In this document: positions 50,110-51,479 of the stretch, one piece after another
Layout: every line of letters begins with the position of its first letter
Numbering within the stretch: position 1 is the first letter of the stretch
Virus record (IMG/VR): IMGVR_UViG_3300045988_007046
Location: 1 to 51,479 of that record
Source: a virus
Lineage: Duplodnaviria > Heunggongvirae > Uroviricota > Caudoviricetes
Length of the DNA stretch: 51,479 nucleotides
Direction: 5' to 3' (one strand)
Position numbers and translations under genes: made by a program
The notes under the pieces: generated by a model
Databases searched by the model: none
Told to the model about the DNA's origin: nothing
What the model saw: only the letters and a program-made list of their open reading frames with translations

Positions 50110-50339
50110 AGCAACTCCAGAATATCAATACGCTCACCTTTGAGTACTCCAGTACGGTCTTTTGCAATCTTACCTTCAACAATAAGAATGTGTGCAGACC
50201 TTAAAGTGTCACTGTTAAAGGCTTTTACGAACTTGCTAGGCATCACTACAATACACATCTCCTGAATCAACTCTGGAGTATAGCAGTTGTCGTGAAGTTG
50301 CTGAATAACGTCTGCAAGTGTCATTTTTGATGTCTCCAA
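50106..50339 (-). CDS. hypothetical protein
   Basis: 77-aa ORF. Confidence 0.45.
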   Translation of the reverse strand: METSKMTLADVIQQLHDNCYTPELIQEMCIVVMPSKFVKAFNSDTLRSAHILIVEGKIAKDRTGVLKGERIDILELL

Positions 50340-50530
50340 TACTCAATGTCAATAAGTTCTTGTGCAATGCTTTTCAGATTACCTTTCAAGAAAACCTTCT
50401 CAGAACCTGAAAGAGATGAATTGTCAATTAACCTGTTCATTCTCTCAAACAACTTCTGCTTACGGTTCTTGATAGTTTCCTTTGAAGCACCTTTCATCAT
50501 CGCTGCATGGGTTCTTCCACGGTGGCTCAT
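50321..50530 (-). CDS. hypothetical basic protein
   Basis: 69-aa ORF. Confidence 0.4.
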   Translation of the reverse strand: MSHRGRTHAAMMKGASKETIKNRKQKLFERMNRLIDNSSLSGSEKVFLKGNLKSIAQELIDIEYWRHQK

Positions 50531-50581
50531 AAGCCCTCCTATACAAGATGTAGTATAAGGTACTCTTCCCTGAGCACCTTG

Positions 50582-51145
50582 TCAACTTAGTTTTGCAAAC
50601 TCTCCGTGGAGTTTTACAGCAGCTTCACAGTAAGCTTTATGGGCTTCTTCAGGGGTGTCAAACATACCAAGATGATAGCTTTTACCTTGTAAACGTATCA
50701 TTGCTCGAAACCTTTTACTTATCTTCTGTACACCTTTTGGCATCCCAGATGGGGACTTTCTTGACCGATTGCAAGAGTTTTGTGAAGCTGTACAAACCCT
50801 TAAATTCAAGTACCTATTGTCCCAACCGTCCCCATTCTTATGGTCAACCTGTAAGGTTTTATCAGGTAGATAGCCATCCACATATAGTATTGCTAGACGG
50901 TTAGCTTGGTAGCCTTTACCATCAAGCAATAACTGAACAGACTTGTGACCATCTGTGTTTATCCTATAATTTCCTGCCTTTTTGCCTCCAAAACGAGAGT
51001 TGAAGTTCTTATTGCCTCGTGATACCGGCTCTCTAAACTTCCAAGTAAAGACCCCTGTTTCGGGGTCGTAGTCCAATAACTCCTTAAGACGAATTTCTGT
51101 AATCATTTCAACACCATCAATGTACTTCCAACCAGCTCTTACCAA
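50582..51145 (-). CDS. HNH homing endonuclease with C-terminal AP2-type DNA-binding domain
   Basis: HNH_3-like motif LQVDHKNGDGWDNRYLNLRVCTASQNSCN followed by AP2-like FRAMIRLQGKSYHLGMFDTPEEAHKAY. Confidence 0.8.
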   Translation of the reverse strand: MVRAGWKYIDGVEMITEIRLKELLDYDPETGVFTWKFREPVSRGNKNFNSRFGGKKAGNYRINTDGHKSVQLLLDGKGYQANRLAILYVDGYLPDKTLQVDHKNGDGWDNRYLNLRVCTASQNSCNRSRKSPSGMPKGVQKISKRFRAMIRLQGKSYHLGMFDTPEEAHKAYCEAAVKLHGEFAKLS

Positions 51146-51446
51146 CCTTACCTGTGCCAGTTACAAGCGTCTCACTCTTCAAACCTAAATTCTTAGATGC
51201 CTGACCATACATCCAGTCAGTTATGGCTTTAACTTCTTGAGTCATACTTTCTGGGCATTCCCAACTGTTTTCATCGTGGTATGCCAGCAAAAGCCTAGCA
51301 CCGATTGCTGGTTTTCGTCCATTTAATTTTGTCAATCCTTCTTCACATGCTCTTCTACAAGCAAGGTTAATTGCCTCATTTTGAATCTGAGCCTCTGAAC
51401 CCATGAGCAAATAATTCAACAACTTATGTGGAGATTTACACCACAA
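51117..51446 (-). CDS. hypothetical protein
   Basis: 109-aa ORF overlapping the HNH gene start by 29 nt; lies near the window edge. Confidence 0.4.
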   Translation of the reverse strand: MWCKSPHKLLNYLLMGSEAQIQNEAINLACRRACEEGLTKLNGRKPAIGARLLLAYHDENSWECPESMTQEVKAITDWMYGQASKNLGLKSETLVTGTGKVGKSWLEVH

Positions 51447-51479
51447 CCAAGCTCCAGCAACTTTTACAAAGCCCCCTTT

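Overview
This window reads as a 51.5-kb segment of a large, AT-rich tailed dsDNA phage genome (or prophage); no rRNA, CRISPR array or transposase was recognised. Layout, left to right: (1) six small plus-strand ORFs (69-2452), four of them preceded by a conserved hairpin+RBS cassette; (2) a 1.6-kb ORF-free region (2520-4100) packed with short iterated repeats; (3) a minus-strand block of small hypothetical genes (4103-11337) that includes a GH24 lysozyme and an Ig-like-domain protein; (4) a plus-strand small basic protein and a vWA-domain protein with possible Ro60/TROVE affinity (11730-13598); (5) a ~5-kb tRNA array (13764-18916) with about 26 hand-folded tRNAs, several atypical tRNA-like elements, a recurring family of structured spacer elements and three embedded ORFs; (6) a late structural module (19139-42847): large terminase, portal, S49-type protease/scaffold, major capsid, probable sheath and tube, tape measure, baseplate proteins and two tail-fibre paralogues with His-rich tips; (7) a minus-strand block (42884-51446) with thymidylate synthase, dihydrofolate reductase, an HTH regulator, an ATP-dependent DNA ligase, an HNH-AP2 homing endonuclease and two repeat-rich intergenic regions. 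The most interesting candidate is a possible Ro60-like protein encoded about 1 kb upstream of tRNA-array spacer elements, one of which (14575-14706) carries a tRNA-like module, a YrlA/Y-RNA-like architecture. All calls are from manual reading of the sequence and the supplied ORF track; no database search or folding program was run, so tRNA anticodons and all protein functions need confirmation.
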